Assembly (NCBI GenBank): GCA_964057225.1
Contig: CAXKVF010000088.1
Span: 124,001 to 188,000, forward strand
Direction: 5' to 3'
Source of the DNA: Auanema rhodensis
Taxonomy: Eukaryota; Animalia; Nematoda
DNA length: 64,000 bases
In this document: positions 42,748-56,500 of the stretch, piece after piece
Position numbering within the stretch: the stretch's first letter is position 1
Layout of the letters: each line of letters starts with the position of its first letter
Translations under genes and position numbers: made by a program
Notes under the pieces: model-generated
What the model was told of the DNA's origin: nothing
The model's input: the letters and a program-made list of their open reading frames with translations, nothing else
Databases searched by the model: none

Positions 42748-43785
42748 CAGAAGATGATGCAGAAGGACTACTCATAGATCTGGTATTAGGTCCAGTTGGT
42801 TTAACTACCCGAGGCGGATTTTTTCTCCTTCTTGGGCTTATTGAATGATTTTTATCTGTTGGTACAGACACCTGCCTATTGTTAGACCGACTGGGTCTAC
42901 CAGATTTACGAGGGGGGCTGGAGATGAGAGAAGAAATTGGTTTTAAGATTGAACTGCAAACGGCATCAACTACTGAAGGGGTTTCAGCTGGTTGAGTGTC
43001 CACAGTGACAGAGAGAGTGTTGATGGCATGCGAAGTAACATTGGTAGATTTACGGGGGACTTCAATAATTTTGAGATCCCGTACAAGAAAAGTCTTTTCA
43101 GTGTTATTTTCATTCTTGATTTTTGCTTCTTTTCGCAAGTTTTTCTCCAGTTCAATTTCGAAGGGGAGATAATCTCGTCGCAAAAACGTTTTTGAGAGGA
43201 AATCGAAGCATTTTGATTTATTGAATTTAATAACTTGAATAATCTTGTCACGTAAATCTACCGATGGACACGTAATTATGAGAGGGCCAGGGGAATTAGA
43301 TTTGAGAGTTGAACGTGCAATAGTAATTTGATTGCTATCGATCAAAGAAGACAAAGTGGTGTCCTGAGATTTCTCGATAATAAGATAATAAGTTTTAGTA
43401 ACAACAGAGGTTCAGTTGGAAATTCTGTTGACTTTAATGGCACTCGAAACCAAAGGGCTCTTTTGGCACGGTAGAGGTACTTTGTCTCCTCTGATCGTAA
43501 TTTTTGAAAATGACATGCTACATTGAGTGGGGAAAAAGTTGGAACACAGGTAGAATTAGTGTTGCTAGTGGTTTGAAATGAGTTAAAAGTTTGCTCTAAC
43601 TTATCTAAGCGGGATTTGAAATCCGTTTCGATAGTTTTTAAGCGAGCCTCGTGCGACGTGATACTAATTTTCATACAGTTAAGCTCATTTTTTATATCAT
43701 TTGACAATTTTGAAAAAGAGTTCTCGAGAGACTTTGAGAAATTTTGAAGAGCATTTGTAAGAAAATCATTAGTCACGAAAGACAT
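42716..43785 (-). CDS. ORF1 of element 1 (~356 aa), split by one frameshift near 43411-43345
   Basis: ATG at 43785 (MSFVTNDF...) is followed by a coiled-coil-like segment. The second frame continues ...IIEKSQDTTLSSLIDSN...FLRRDYLPFEIELEKNLRKEA...FLVRDLKII, then a basic Ser/Pro-rich tail ending GSFR-stop. The C-terminal part is homologous to 61390-61851. Confidence 0.8.
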
Positions 43786-44000
43786 ATTGAAAAACGAGGG
43801 AGTAAAAGAAGGGAAGTAAGAAAGAATAAGAATAAACACTGAAGTGGAAAATAAAAAAGAAACAAATACGAGAGAAAGGAAATAATGATAAAACTAAAAT
43901 GCGATACGAAAGAGAGCGCACCTTGACAAAGCCAGTCCGACGAAAATTTCCTTGACAGAAACGGATCCGGATCCAAACAGCGGAAGTCAACTGACGAGTG
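43786..44000 (-). promoter_or_regulatory. 5' UTR with putative internal promoter (Inr-like TCAGTT at 43994-43989)
   Basis: Unique sequence begins CACTCGTCAGTTGACTTCCGCTG on the minus strand. TCAGT-type initiators are common at invertebrate LINE 5' ends. A 12-bp palindrome GGATCCGGATCC lies at 43963-43974, and a pyrimidine-rich tract precedes the ORF1 ATG. Confidence 0.45.
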
Positions 44001-44510
44001 GGAGGTCAACTGACGAGTGAGGAGGTCAACTGACGAGTGGGAGGTCAACTGACGAGTGTGGAGGTCAACTGACGAGTGGGAGGTCAACTGACGAGTGGGG
44101 AGGTCAACTGACGAGTGGGAGGTCAACTGACGAGTGAGGAGGTCAACTGACGAGTGGGAGGTCAACTGACGAGTGAGGAGGTCAACTGACGAGTGAGAGG
44201 TCAACTGACGAGTGGGGAGGTCAACTGACGAGTGGGGAGGTCAACTGACGAGTGGGGAGGTCAACTGACGAGTGGGGAGGTCAACTGACGAGTGGGAGGT
44301 CAACTGACGAGTGGGAGGTCAACTGACGAGTGAGGAGGTCAACTGACGAGTGGGAGGTCAACTGACGAGTGGGAGGTCAACTGACGAGTGAGGACGTCAA
44401 CTGACGAGTGAGGAGGTCAACTGACGAGTGAGGAGGTCAACTGACGAGTGAGGAGGTCAACTGACGAGTGAGGAGGTCAACTGACGAGTGAGGAGGTCAA
44501 CTGACGAGTG
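43982..44510. repeat. 19/20-bp minisatellite (27 copies) at the 5' end of element 1
   Basis: Invariant 15-nt core GTCAACTGACGAGTG counted 27 times, separated by 4-5-nt linkers GGAG/AGGAG/GGGAG/TGGAG/AGAG/AGGAC. Confidence 0.98.
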
Positions 44511-44539
44511 TTCACGTAAATTTCAAAATTTTAAATTTC
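44510..44539 (+). other. Junction filler templated from adjacent satellite
   Basis: GTTCACGTAAATTTCAAA (44510-44527) copies 44548-44565. TAAATTTCAAA (44532-44542) is a second partial copy. Confidence 0.85.
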
Positions 44540-47500
44540 AAATTAAAGTTCACGTAAATTTCAAAGTCATGGTTACCATGAAGCAATATCAATAAAAATT
44601 TGTTTTTAGACTAATATGGACATGGGGAATCTAATTTTGAAAACCGCATCTCTTTATCTTTTACGTGAAGCGAGTTACATACCAAGTGCACATCACGTGT
44701 ACATTTAATTAGCATAAATTAAAGTTCACGTAAATTTCAAAGTCATGGTTACCATGAACCAATATCAATAAAAATTTGTTTTTAGACTAATATGGACATG
44801 GGGAATCTAATTTTGAAAACCGCATCTCTTTATCTTTCACGTGAAGCGAGTTACATACCAAGTGCACATCACGTGTACATTTAATTAGCATAAATTAAAG
44901 TTCACGTAAATTTCAAAGTCATGGTTACCATGAAGCAATATCAATAAAAATTTGTTTTTAGACTAATATGGACATGTGGAATCTAATTTTGAAAACCGCA
45001 TCTCTTTATCTTTCACGTGAAGCGAGTTACATACCAAGTGCACATCACGTGTACATTTAATTAGCATAAATTAAAGTTCACGTAAAATTCAAAGTCATGG
45101 TTACCATGAACCAATATCAATAAAAATTTGTTTTTAGACTAATATGGACATGGGGAATCTAATTTTGAAAACCGCATCTCTTTATCTTTCACGTGAAGCG
45201 AGTTACATACCAAGTGCACATCACGTGTACATTTAATTAGCATAAATTAAAGTTCACGTAAATTTCAAAGTCATGGTTACCATGAACCAATATCAACAAA
45301 AATTTGTTTTTAGACTAATATGGACATGGGGAATCTAATTTTGGAAACCGCATCTCTTTATCTTTCACGTGAAGCGAGTTACATACCAAGTGCACATCAC
45401 GTGTACATTTAATTAGCATAAATTAAAGTTCACGTAAATTTCAAAGTCATGGTTACCATGCACCAATATCAATAAAAATTTGTTTTTAGACTAATATGGA
45501 CATGGGGAATCTAATTTTGAAAACCGCATCTCTTTATCTTTTACGTGAAGCGAGTTACATACCAAGTGCACATCACGTGTACATTTAATTAGCATAAATT
45601 AAAGTTCACGTAAATTTCAAAGTCATGGTTACCATGAAGCAATATCAATAAAAATTTGTTTTTAGACTAATATGGACATGGGGAATCTAATTTTGAAAAC
45701 CGCATCTCTTTATCTTTCACGTGAAGCGAGTTACATACCAAGTGCACATCACGTGTACATTTAATTAGCATAAATTAAAGTTCACGTAAATTTCAAAGTC
45801 ATGGTTACCATGAACCAATATCAATAAAAATTTGTTTTTAGACTAATATGGACATGGGGAATCTAATTTTGAAAACCGCATCTCTTTATCTTTCACGTGA
45901 AGCGAGTTACATACCAAGTGCACATCACGTGTACATTTAATTAGCATAAATTAAAGTTCACGTAAATTTCAAAGTCATGGTTACCATGCACCAATATCAA
46001 TAAAAATTTGTTTTTAGACTAATATGGACATGGGGAATCTAATTTTGAAAACCGCATCTCTTTATCTTTCACGTGAAGCGAGTTACATACCAAGTGCACA
46101 TCACGTGTACATTTAATTAGCATAAATTAAAGTTCACGTAAATTTCAAAGTCATGGTTACCATGCACCAATATCAATAAAAATTTGTTTTTAGACTAATA
46201 TGGACATGGGGAATCTAATTTTGAAAACCGCATCTCTTTATCTTTCACGTGAAGCGAGTTACATACCAAGTGCACATCACGTGTACATTTAATTAGCATA
46301 AATTAAAGTTCACGTAAATTTCAAAGTCATGGTTACCATGAACCAATATCAATAAAAATTTGTTTTTAGACTAATATGGACATGGGGAATCTAATTTTGA
46401 AAACCGCATCTCTTTATCTTTCACGTGAAGCGAGTTACATACCAAGTGCACATCACGTGTACATTTAATTAGCATAAATTAAAGTTCACGTAAATTTCAA
46501 AGTCATGGTTACCATGCACCAATATCAATAAAAATTTGTTTTTAGACTAATATGGACATGGGGAATCTAATTTTGAAAACCGCATCTCTTTATCTTTCAC
46601 GTGAAGCGAGTTACATACCAAGTGCACATCACGTGTACATTTAATTAGCATAAATTAAAGTTCACGTAAATTTCAAAGTCATGGTTACCATGAAGCAATA
46701 TCAATAAAAATTTGTTTTTAGACTAATATGGACATGGGGAATCTAATTTTGAAAACCGCATCTCTTTATCTTTCACGTGAAGCGAGTTACATACCAAGTG
46801 CACATCACGTGTACATTTAATTAGCATAAATTAAAGTTCACGTAAATTTCAAAGTCATGGTTACCATGCACCAATATCAATAAAAATTTGTTTTTAGACT
46901 AATATGGACATGGGGAATCTAATTTTGAAAACCGCATCTCTTTATCTTTCACGTGAAGCGAGTTACATACCAAGTGCACATCACGTGTACATTTAATTAG
47001 CATAAATTAAAGTTCACGTAAATTTCAAAGTCATGGTTACCATGCACCAATATCAATAAAAATTTGTTTTTAGACTAATATGGACATGGGGAATCTAATT
47101 TTGAAAACCGCATCTCTTTATCTTTCACGTGAAGCGAGTTACATACCAAGTGCACATCACGTGTACATTTAATTAGCATAAATTAAAGTTCACGTAAATT
47201 TCAAAGTCATGGTTACCATGAAGCAATATCAATAAAAATTTGTTTTTAGACTAATATGGACATGTGGAATCTAATTTTGAAAACCGCATCTCTTTATCTT
47301 TCACGTGAAGCGAGTTACATACCAAGTGCACATCACGTGTACATTTAATTAGCATAAATTAAAGTTCACGTAAAATTCAAAGTCATGGTTACCATGAACC
47401 AATATCAATAAAAATTTGTTTTTAGACTAATATGGACATGGGGAATCTAATTTTGAAAACCGCATCTCTTTATCTTTCACGTGAAGCGAGTTACATACCA

Positions 47501-50500
47501 AGTGCACATCACGTGTACATTTAATTAGCATAAATTAAAGTTCACGTAAATTTCAAAGTCATGGTTACCATGAACCAATATCAATAAAAATTTGTTTTTA
47601 GACTAATATGGACATGGGGAATCTAATTTTGAAAACCGCATCTCTTTATCTTTTACGTGAAGCGAGTTACATACCAAGTGCACATCACGTGTACATTTAA
47701 TTAGCATAAATTAAAGTTCACGTAAATTTCAAAGTCATGGTTACCATGCACCAATATCAATAAAAATTTGTTTTTAGACTAATATGGACATGGGGAATCT
47801 AATTTTGAAAACCGCATCTCTTTATCTTTCACGTGAAGGGAGTTACATACCAAGTGCACATCACGTGTACATTTAATTAGCATAAATTAAAGTTCACGTA
47901 AATTTCAAAGTCATGGTTACCATGAAGCAATATCAATAAAAATTTGTTTTTAGACTAATATGGACATGGGGAATCTAATTTTGAAAACCGCATCTCTTTA
48001 TCTTTCACGTGAAGGGAGTTACATACCAAGTGCACATCACGTGTACATTTAATTAGCATAAATTAAAGTTCACGTAAATTTCAAAGTCATGGTTACCATG
48101 AACCAATATCAATAAAAATTTGTTTTTAGACTAATATGGACATGGGGAATCTAATTTTGAAAACCGCATCTCTTTATCTTTCACGTGAAGCGAGTTACAT
48201 ACCAAGTGCACATCACGTGTACATTTAATTAGCATAAATTAAAGTTCACGTAAATTTCAAAGTCATGGTTACCATGCACCAATATCAATAAAAATTTGTT
48301 TTTAGACTAATATGGACATGGGGAATCTAATTTTGAAAACCGCATCTCTTTATCTTTCACGTGAAGCGAGTTACATACCAAGTGCACATCACGTGTACAT
48401 TTAATTAGCATAAATTAAAGTTCACGTAAATTTCAAAGTCATGGTTACCATGAAGCAATATCAATAAAAATTTGTTTTTAGACTAATATGGAAATGGGGA
48501 ATCTAATTTTGAAAACCGCATCTCTTTATCTTTCACGTGAAGCGAGTTACATACCAAGTGCACATCACGTGTACATTTAATTAGCATAAATTAAAGTTCA
48601 CGTAAATTTCAAAGTCATGGTTACCATGAACCAATATCAATAAAAATTTGTTTTTAGACTAATATGGACATGGGGAATCTAATTTTGAAAACCGCATCTC
48701 TTTATCTTTCACGTGAAGCGAGTTACATACCAAGTGCACATCACGTGTACATTTAATTAGCATAAATTAAAGTTCACGTAAAATTCAAAGTCATGGTTAC
48801 CATGCACCAATATCAATAAAAATTTGTTTTTAGACTAATATGGACATGGGGAATCTAATTTTGAAAACCGCATCTCTTTATCTTTTACGTGAAGCGAGTT
48901 ACATACCAAGTGCACATCACGTGTACATTTAATTAGCATAAATTAAAGTTCACGTAAATTTCAAAGTCATGGTTACCATGCACCAATATCAATAAAAATT
49001 TGTTTTTAGACTAATATGGACATGGGGAATCTAATTTTGAAAACCGCATCTCTTTATCTTTCACGTGAAGCGAGTTACATACCAAGTGCACATCACGTGT
49101 ACATTTAATTAGCATAAATTAAAGTTCACGTAAATTTCAAAGTCATGGTTACCATGAACCAATATCAATAAAAATTTGTTTTTAGACTAATATGGACATG
49201 GGGAATCTAATTTTGAAAACCGCATCTCTTTATCTTTCACGTGAAGCGAGTTACATACCAAGTGCACATCACGTGTACATTTAATTAGCATAAATTAAAG
49301 TTCACGTAAATTTCAAAGTCATGGTTACCATGAACCAATATCAATAAAAATTTGTTTTTAGACTAATATGGACATGGGGAATCTAATTTTGAAAACCGCA
49401 TCTCTTTATCTTTCACGTGAAGCGAGTTACATACCAAGTGCACATCACGTGTACATTTAATTAGCATAAATTAAAGTTCACGTAAATTTCAAAGTCATGG
49501 TTACCATGCACCAATATCAATAAAAATTTGTTTTTAGACTAATATGGACATGGGGAATCTAATTTTGAAAACCGCATCTCTTTATCTTTCACGTGAAGCG
49601 AGTTACATACCAAGTGCACATCACGTGTACATTTAATTAGCATAAATTAAAGTTCACGTAAATTTCAAAGTCATGGTTACCATGCACCAATATCAATAAA
49701 AATTTGTTTTTAGACTAATATGGACATGGGGAATCTAATTTTGAAAACCGCATCTCTTTATCTTTCACGTGAAGCGAGTTACATACCAAGTGCACATCAC
49801 GTGTACATTTAATTAGCATAAATTAAAGTTCACGTAAATTTCAAAGTCATGGTTACCATGCACCAATATCAATAAAAATTTGTTTTTAGACTAATATGGA
49901 CATGGGGAATCTAATTTTGAAAACCGCATCTCTTTATCTTTCACGTGAAGCGAGTTACATACCAAGTGCACATCACGTGTACATTTAATTAGCATAAATT
50001 AAAGTTCACGTAAATTTCAAAGTCATGGTTACCATGCACCAATATCAATAAAAATTTGTTTTTAGACTAATATGGACATGGGGAATCTAATTTTGAAAAC
50101 CGCATCTCTTTATCTTTTACGTGAAGCGAGTTACATACCAAGTGCACATCACGTGTACATTTAATTAGCATAAATTAAAGTTCACGTAAATTTCAAAGTC
50201 ATGGTTACCATGAAGCAATATCAATAAAAATTTGTTTTTAGACTAATATGGACATGGGGAATCTAATTTTGAAAACCGCATCTCTTTATCTTTCACGTGA
50301 AGCGAGTTACATACCAAGTGCACATCACGTGTACATTTAATTAGCATAAATTAAAGTTCACGTAAATTTCAAAGTCATGGTTACCATGCACCAATATCAA
50401 TAAAAATTTGTTTTTAGACTAATATGGACATGGGGAATCTAATTTTGAAAACCGCATCTCTTTATCTTTCACGTGAAGCGAGTTACATACCAAGTGCACA

Positions 50501-53500
50501 TCACGTGTACATTTAATTAGCATAAATTAAAGTTCACGTAAATTTCAAAGTCATGGTTACCATGCACCAATATCAATAAAAATTTGTTTTTAGACTAATA
50601 TGGACATGGGGAATCTAATTTTGAAAACCGCATCTCTTTATCTTTCACGTGAAGCGAGTTACATACCAAGTGCACATCACGTGTACATTTAATTAGCATA
50701 AATTAAAGTTCACGTAAATTTCAAAGTCATGGTTACCATGAACCAATATCAATAAAAATTTGTTTTTAGACTAATATGGACATGGGGAATCTAATTTTGA
50801 AAACCGCATCTCTTTATCTTTCACGTGAAGCGAGTTACATACCAAGTGCACATCACGTGTACATTTAATTAGCATAAATTAAAGTTCACGTAAATTTCAA
50901 AGTCATGGTTACCATGCACCAATATCAATAAAAATTTGTTTTTAGACTAATATGGACATGGGGAATCTAATTTTGAAAACCGCATCTCTTTATCTTTCAC
51001 GTGAAGCGAGTTACATACCAAGTGCACATCACGTGTACATTTAATTAGCATAAATTAAAGTTCACGTAAATTTCAAAGTCATGGTTACCATGCACCAATA
51101 TCAATAAAAATTTGTTTTTAGACTAATATGGACATGGGGAATCTAATTTTGAAAACCGCATCTCTTTATCTTTCACGTGAAGCGAGTTACATACCAAGTG
51201 CACATCACGTGTACATTTAATTAGCATAAATTAAAGTTCACGTAAATTTCAAAGTCATGGTTACCATGAAGCAATATCAATAAAAATTTGTTTTTAGACT
51301 AATATGGACATGGGGAATCTAATTTTGAAAACCGCATCTCTTTATCTTTCACGTGAAGCGAGTTACATACCAAGTGCACATCACGTGTACATTTAATTAG
51401 CATAAATTAAAGTTCACGTAAATTTCAAAGTCATGGTTACCATGAACCAATATCAATAAAAATTTGTTTTTAGACTAATATGGACATGGGGAATCTAATT
51501 TTGAAAACCGCATCTCTTTATCTTTCACGTGAAGCGAGTTACATACCAAGTGCACATCACGTGTACATTTAATTAGCATAAATTAAAGTTCACGTAAATT
51601 TCAAAGTCATGGTTACCATGAAGCAATATCAATAAAAATTTGTTTTTAGACTAATATGGACATGGGGAATCTAATTTTGAAAACCGCATCTCTTTATCTT
51701 TCACGTGAAGCGAGTTACATACCAAGTGCACATCACGTGTACATTTAATTAGCATAAATTAAAGTTCACGTAAATTTCAAAGTCATGGTTACCATGAACC
51801 AATATCAATAAAAATTTGTTTTTAGACTAATATGGACATGGGGAATCTAATTTTGAAAACCGCATCTCTTTATCTTTCACGTGAAGCGAGTTACATACCA
51901 AGTGCACATCACGTGTACATTTAATTAGCATAAATTAAAGTTCACGTAAATTTCAAAGTCATGGTTACCATGCACCAATATCAATAAAAATTTGTTTTTA
52001 GACTAATATGGACATGGGGAATCTAATTTTGAAAACCGCATCTCTTTATCTTTCACGTGAAGCGAGTTACATACCAAGTGCACATCACGTGTACATTTAA
52101 TTAGCATAAATTAAAGTTCACGTAAATTTCAAAGTCATGGTTACCATGAACCAATATCAATAAAAATTTGTTTTTAGACTAATATGGACATGGGGAATCT
52201 AATTTTGAAAACCGCATCTCTTTATCTTTCACGTGAAGCGAGTTACATACCAAGTGCACATCACGTGTACATTTAATCAGCATAAATTAAAGTTCACGTA
52301 AATTTCAAAGTCATGGTTACCATGCACCAATATCAATAACAATTTGTTTTTAGACTAATATGGACATGGGGAATCTAATTTTGAAAACCGCATCTCTTTA
52401 TCTTTCACGTGAAGCGAGTTACATACCAAGTGCACATCACGTGTACATTTAATTAGCATAAATTAAAGTTCACGTAAATTTCAAAGTCATGGTTACCATG
52501 CACCAATATCAATAAAAATTTGTTTTTAGACTAATATGGACATGGGGAATCTAATTTTGAAAACCGCATCTCTTTATCTTTCACGTGAAGCGAGTTACAT
52601 ACCAAGTGCACATCACGTGTACATTTAATTAGCATAAATTAAAGTTCACGTAAATTTCAAAGTCATGGTTACCATGAAGCAATATCAATAAAAATTTGTT
52701 TTTAGACTAATATGGACATGGGGAATCTAATTTTGAAAACCGCATCTCTTTATCTTTTACGTGAAGCGAGTTACATACCAAGTGCACATCACGTGTACAT
52801 TTAATTAGCATAAATTAAAGTTCACGTAAATTTCAAAGTCATGGTTACCATGCACCAATATCAATAAAAATTTGTTTTTAGACTAATATGGACATGGGGA
52901 ATCTAATTTTGAAAACCGCATCTCTTTATCTTTCACGTGAAGCGAGTTACATACCAAGTGCACATCACGTGTACATTTAATTAGCATAAATTAAAGTTCA
53001 CGTAAATTTCAAAGTCATGGTTACCATGAACCAATATCAATAAAAATTTGTTTTTAGACTAATATGGACATGGGGAATCTAATTTTGAAAACCGCATCTC
53101 TTTATCTTTCACGTGAAGCGAGTTACATACCAAGTGCACATCACGTGTACATTTAATTAGCATAAATTAAAGTTCACGTAAATTTCAAAGTCATGGTTAC
53201 CATGCACCAATATCAATAAAAATTTGTTTTTAGACTAATATGGAAATGGGGAATCTAATTTTGAAAACCGCATCTCTTTATCTTTCACGTGAAGCGAGTT
53301 ACATACCAAGTGCACATCACGTGTACATTTAATTAGCATAAATTAAAGTTCACGTAAATTTCAAAGTCATGGTTACCATGAAGCAATATCAATAAAAATT
53401 TGTTTTTAGACTAATATGGACATGGGGAATCTAATTTTGAAAACCGCATCTCTTTATCTTTCACGTGAAGCGAGTTACATACCAAGTGCACATCACGTGT

Positions 53501-56500
53501 ACATTTAATTAGCATAAATTAAAGTTCACGTAAATTTCAAAGTCATGGTTACCATGCACCAATATCAATAAAAATTTGTTTTTAGACTAATATGGACATG
53601 GGGAATCTAATTTTGAAAACCGCATCTCTTTATCTTTTACGTGAAGCGAGTTACATACCAAGTGCACATCACGTGTACATTTAATTAGCATAAATTAAAG
53701 TTCACGTAAAATTCAAAGTCATGGTTACCATGCACCAATATCAATAAAAATTTGTTTTTAGACTAATATGGACATGGGGAATCTAATTTTGAAAACCGCA
53801 TCTCTTTATCTTTTACGTGAAGCGAGTTACATACCAAGTGCACATCACGTGTACATTTAATTAGCATAAATTAAAGTTCACGTAAATTTCAAAGTCATGG
53901 TTACCATGCACCAATATCAATAAAAATTTGTTTTTAGACTAATATGGACATGGGGAATCTAATTTTGAAAACCGCATCTCTTTATCTTTCACGTGAAGCG
54001 AGTTACATACCAAGTGCACATCACGTGTACATTTAATTAGCATAAATTAAAGTTCACGTAAATTTCAAAGTCATGGTTACCATGCACCAATATCAATAAA
54101 AATTTGTTTTTAGACTAATATGGACATGGGGAATCTAATTTTGAAAACCGCATCTCTTTATCTTTCACGTGAAGCGAGTTACATACCAACATCACGTGTA
54201 CATTTAATTAGCATAAATTAAAGTTCACGTAAATTTCAAAGTCGTGGTTACCATGCACCAATATCAATAAAAATTCGTTTTTAGACTAATATGGACATGG
54301 GGAATCTAATTTTGAAAACCGCATCTCTTTATCTTTCACGTGAAGCGAGTTACATACCAAGTGCACATCACGTGTACATTTAATTAGCATAAATTAAAGT
54401 TCACGTAAATTTCAAAGTCATGGTTACCATGCACCAATATCAATAAAAATTTGTTTTTAGACTAATATGGACATGGGGAATCTAATTTTGAAAACCGCAT
54501 CTCTTTATCTTTCACGTGAAGCGAGTTACATACCAAGTGCACATCACGTGTACATTTAATTAGCATAAATTAAAGTTCACGTAAAATTCAAAGTCATGGT
54601 TACCATGAACCAATATCAATAAAAATTTGTTTTTAGACTAATATGGACATGGGGAATCTAATTTTAAAAACCGCATCTCTTTATCTTTCACGTGAAGCGA
54701 GTTACATACCAAGTGCACATCACGTGTACATTTAATTAGCATAAATTAAAGTTCACGTAAATTTCAAAGTCATGGTTACCATGCACCAATATCAATAAAA
54801 ATTTGTTTTTAGACTAATATGGACATGGGGAATCTAATTTTGAAAACCGCATCTCTTTATCTTTCACGTGAAGCGAGTTACATACCAAGTGCACATCACG
54901 TGTACATTTAATTAGCATAAATTAAAGTTCACGTAAATTTCAAAGTCATGGTTACCATGCACCAATATCAATAAAAATTTGTTTTTAGACTAATATGGAC
55001 ATGGGGAATCTAATTTTGAAAACCGCATCTCTTTATCTTTCACGTGAAGCGAGTTACATACCAAGTGCACATCACGTGTACATTTAATTAGCATAAATTA
55101 AAGTTCACGTAAATTTCAAAGTCATGGTTACCATGAAGCAATATCAATAAAAATTTGTTTTTAGATTAATATGGACATGGGGAATCTAATTTTGAAAACC
55201 GCATCTCTTTATCTTTCACGTGAAGCGAGTTACATACCAAGTGCACATCACGTGTACATTTAATTAGCATAAATTAAAGTTCACGTAAATTTCAAAGTCA
55301 TGGTTACCATGAACCAATATCAATAAAAATTTGTTTTTAGACTAATATGGACATGGGGAATCTAATTTTGAAAACCGCATCTCTTTATCTTTCACGTGAA
55401 GCGAGTTACATACCAAGTGCACATCACGTGTACATTTAATTAGCATAAATTAAAGTTCACGTAAATTTCAAAGTCATGGTTACCATGCACCAATATCAAT
55501 AAAAATTTGTTTTTAGACTAATATGGACATGGGGAATCTAATTTTGAAAACCGCATCTCTTTATCTTTCACGTGAAGCGAGTTACATACCAAGTGCACAT
55601 CACGTGTACATTTAATTAGCATAAATTAAAGTTCACGTAAAATTCAAAGTCATGGTTACCATGAACCAATATCAATAAAAATTTGTTTTTAGACTAATAT
55701 GGACATGGGGAATCTAATTTTAAAAACCGCATCTCTTTATCTTTCACGTGAAGCGAGTTACATACCAAGTGCACATCACGTGTACATTTAATTAGCATAA
55801 ATTAAAGTTCACGTAAATTTCAAAGTCATGGTTACCATGCACCAATATCAATAAAAATTTGTTTTTAGACTAATATGGACATGGGGAATCTAATTTTGAA
55901 AACCGCATCTCTTTATCTTTCACGTGAAGCGAGTTACATACCAAGTGCACATCACGTGTACATTTAATTAGCATAAATTAAAGTTCACGTAAATTTCAAA
56001 GTCATGGTTACCATGCACCAATATCAATAAAAATTTGTTTTTAGACTAATATGGACATGGGGAATCTAATTTTGAAAACCGCATCTCTTTATCTTTCACG
56101 TGAAGCGAGTTACATACCAACATCACGTGTACATTTAATTAGCATAATTTAAAGTTCACGTAAATTTCAAAGTCGTGGTTACCATGCACCAATATCAATA
56201 AAAATTCGTTTTTAGACTAATATGGACATGGGGAATCTAATTTTGAAAACCGCATCTCTTTATCTTTCACGTGAAGCGAGTTACATACCAAGTGCACATC
56301 ACGTGTACATTTAATTAGCATAAATTAAAGTTCACGTAAATTTCAAAGTCATGGTTACCATGCACCAATATCAATAAAAATTTGTTTTTAGACTAATATG
56401 GACATGGGGAATCTAATTTTGAAAACCGCATCTCTTTATCTTTCACGTGAAGCGAGTTACATACCAAGTGCACATCACGTGTACATTTAATTAGCATAAA

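Larger units (their letters stand above)
39342..44510 (-). mobile_element. Apparently full-length non-LTR retrotransposon (CR1-like LINE), ~5.2 kb, inserted in satellite (element 1)
   Basis: Contains a 5' UTR, ORF1, an ORF2 with APE endonuclease and RT, and a ~540-bp 3' UTR ending AATAAACCTTGAC. No LTRs. No recognisable RNase H or C-terminal CCHC knuckle. Satellite is in phase on both sides. Clade assignment is from motif style, not a phylogeny. Confidence 0.95.

Noticed and set aside
41299-43251. Small alternative-frame or antisense ORFs overlapping ORF1/ORF2 of element 1
   Set aside because: Shadow ORFs of the real coding frames, with no motifs.
43773-44204. 143-aa ORF with TSHSSVDLLTRQL repeats
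   Set aside because: By-product of alternating 19+20-nt units (39 nt = 13 codons) running into the 5' UTR. It has a non-ATG start and no protein-like features.
43982-44510. CRISPR-like array next to a reverse transcriptase
   Set aside because: Linkers are only 4-5 nt and near-identical, with no unique spacers and no cas genes. The RT is a eukaryotic APE-type LINE enzyme.
39342-44510. LTR retrotransposon, retron or diversity-generating retroelement
   Set aside because: No LTRs, protease, RNase H or integrase, and no msr/msd or TR/VR pair. The APE-RT layout defines a LINE.
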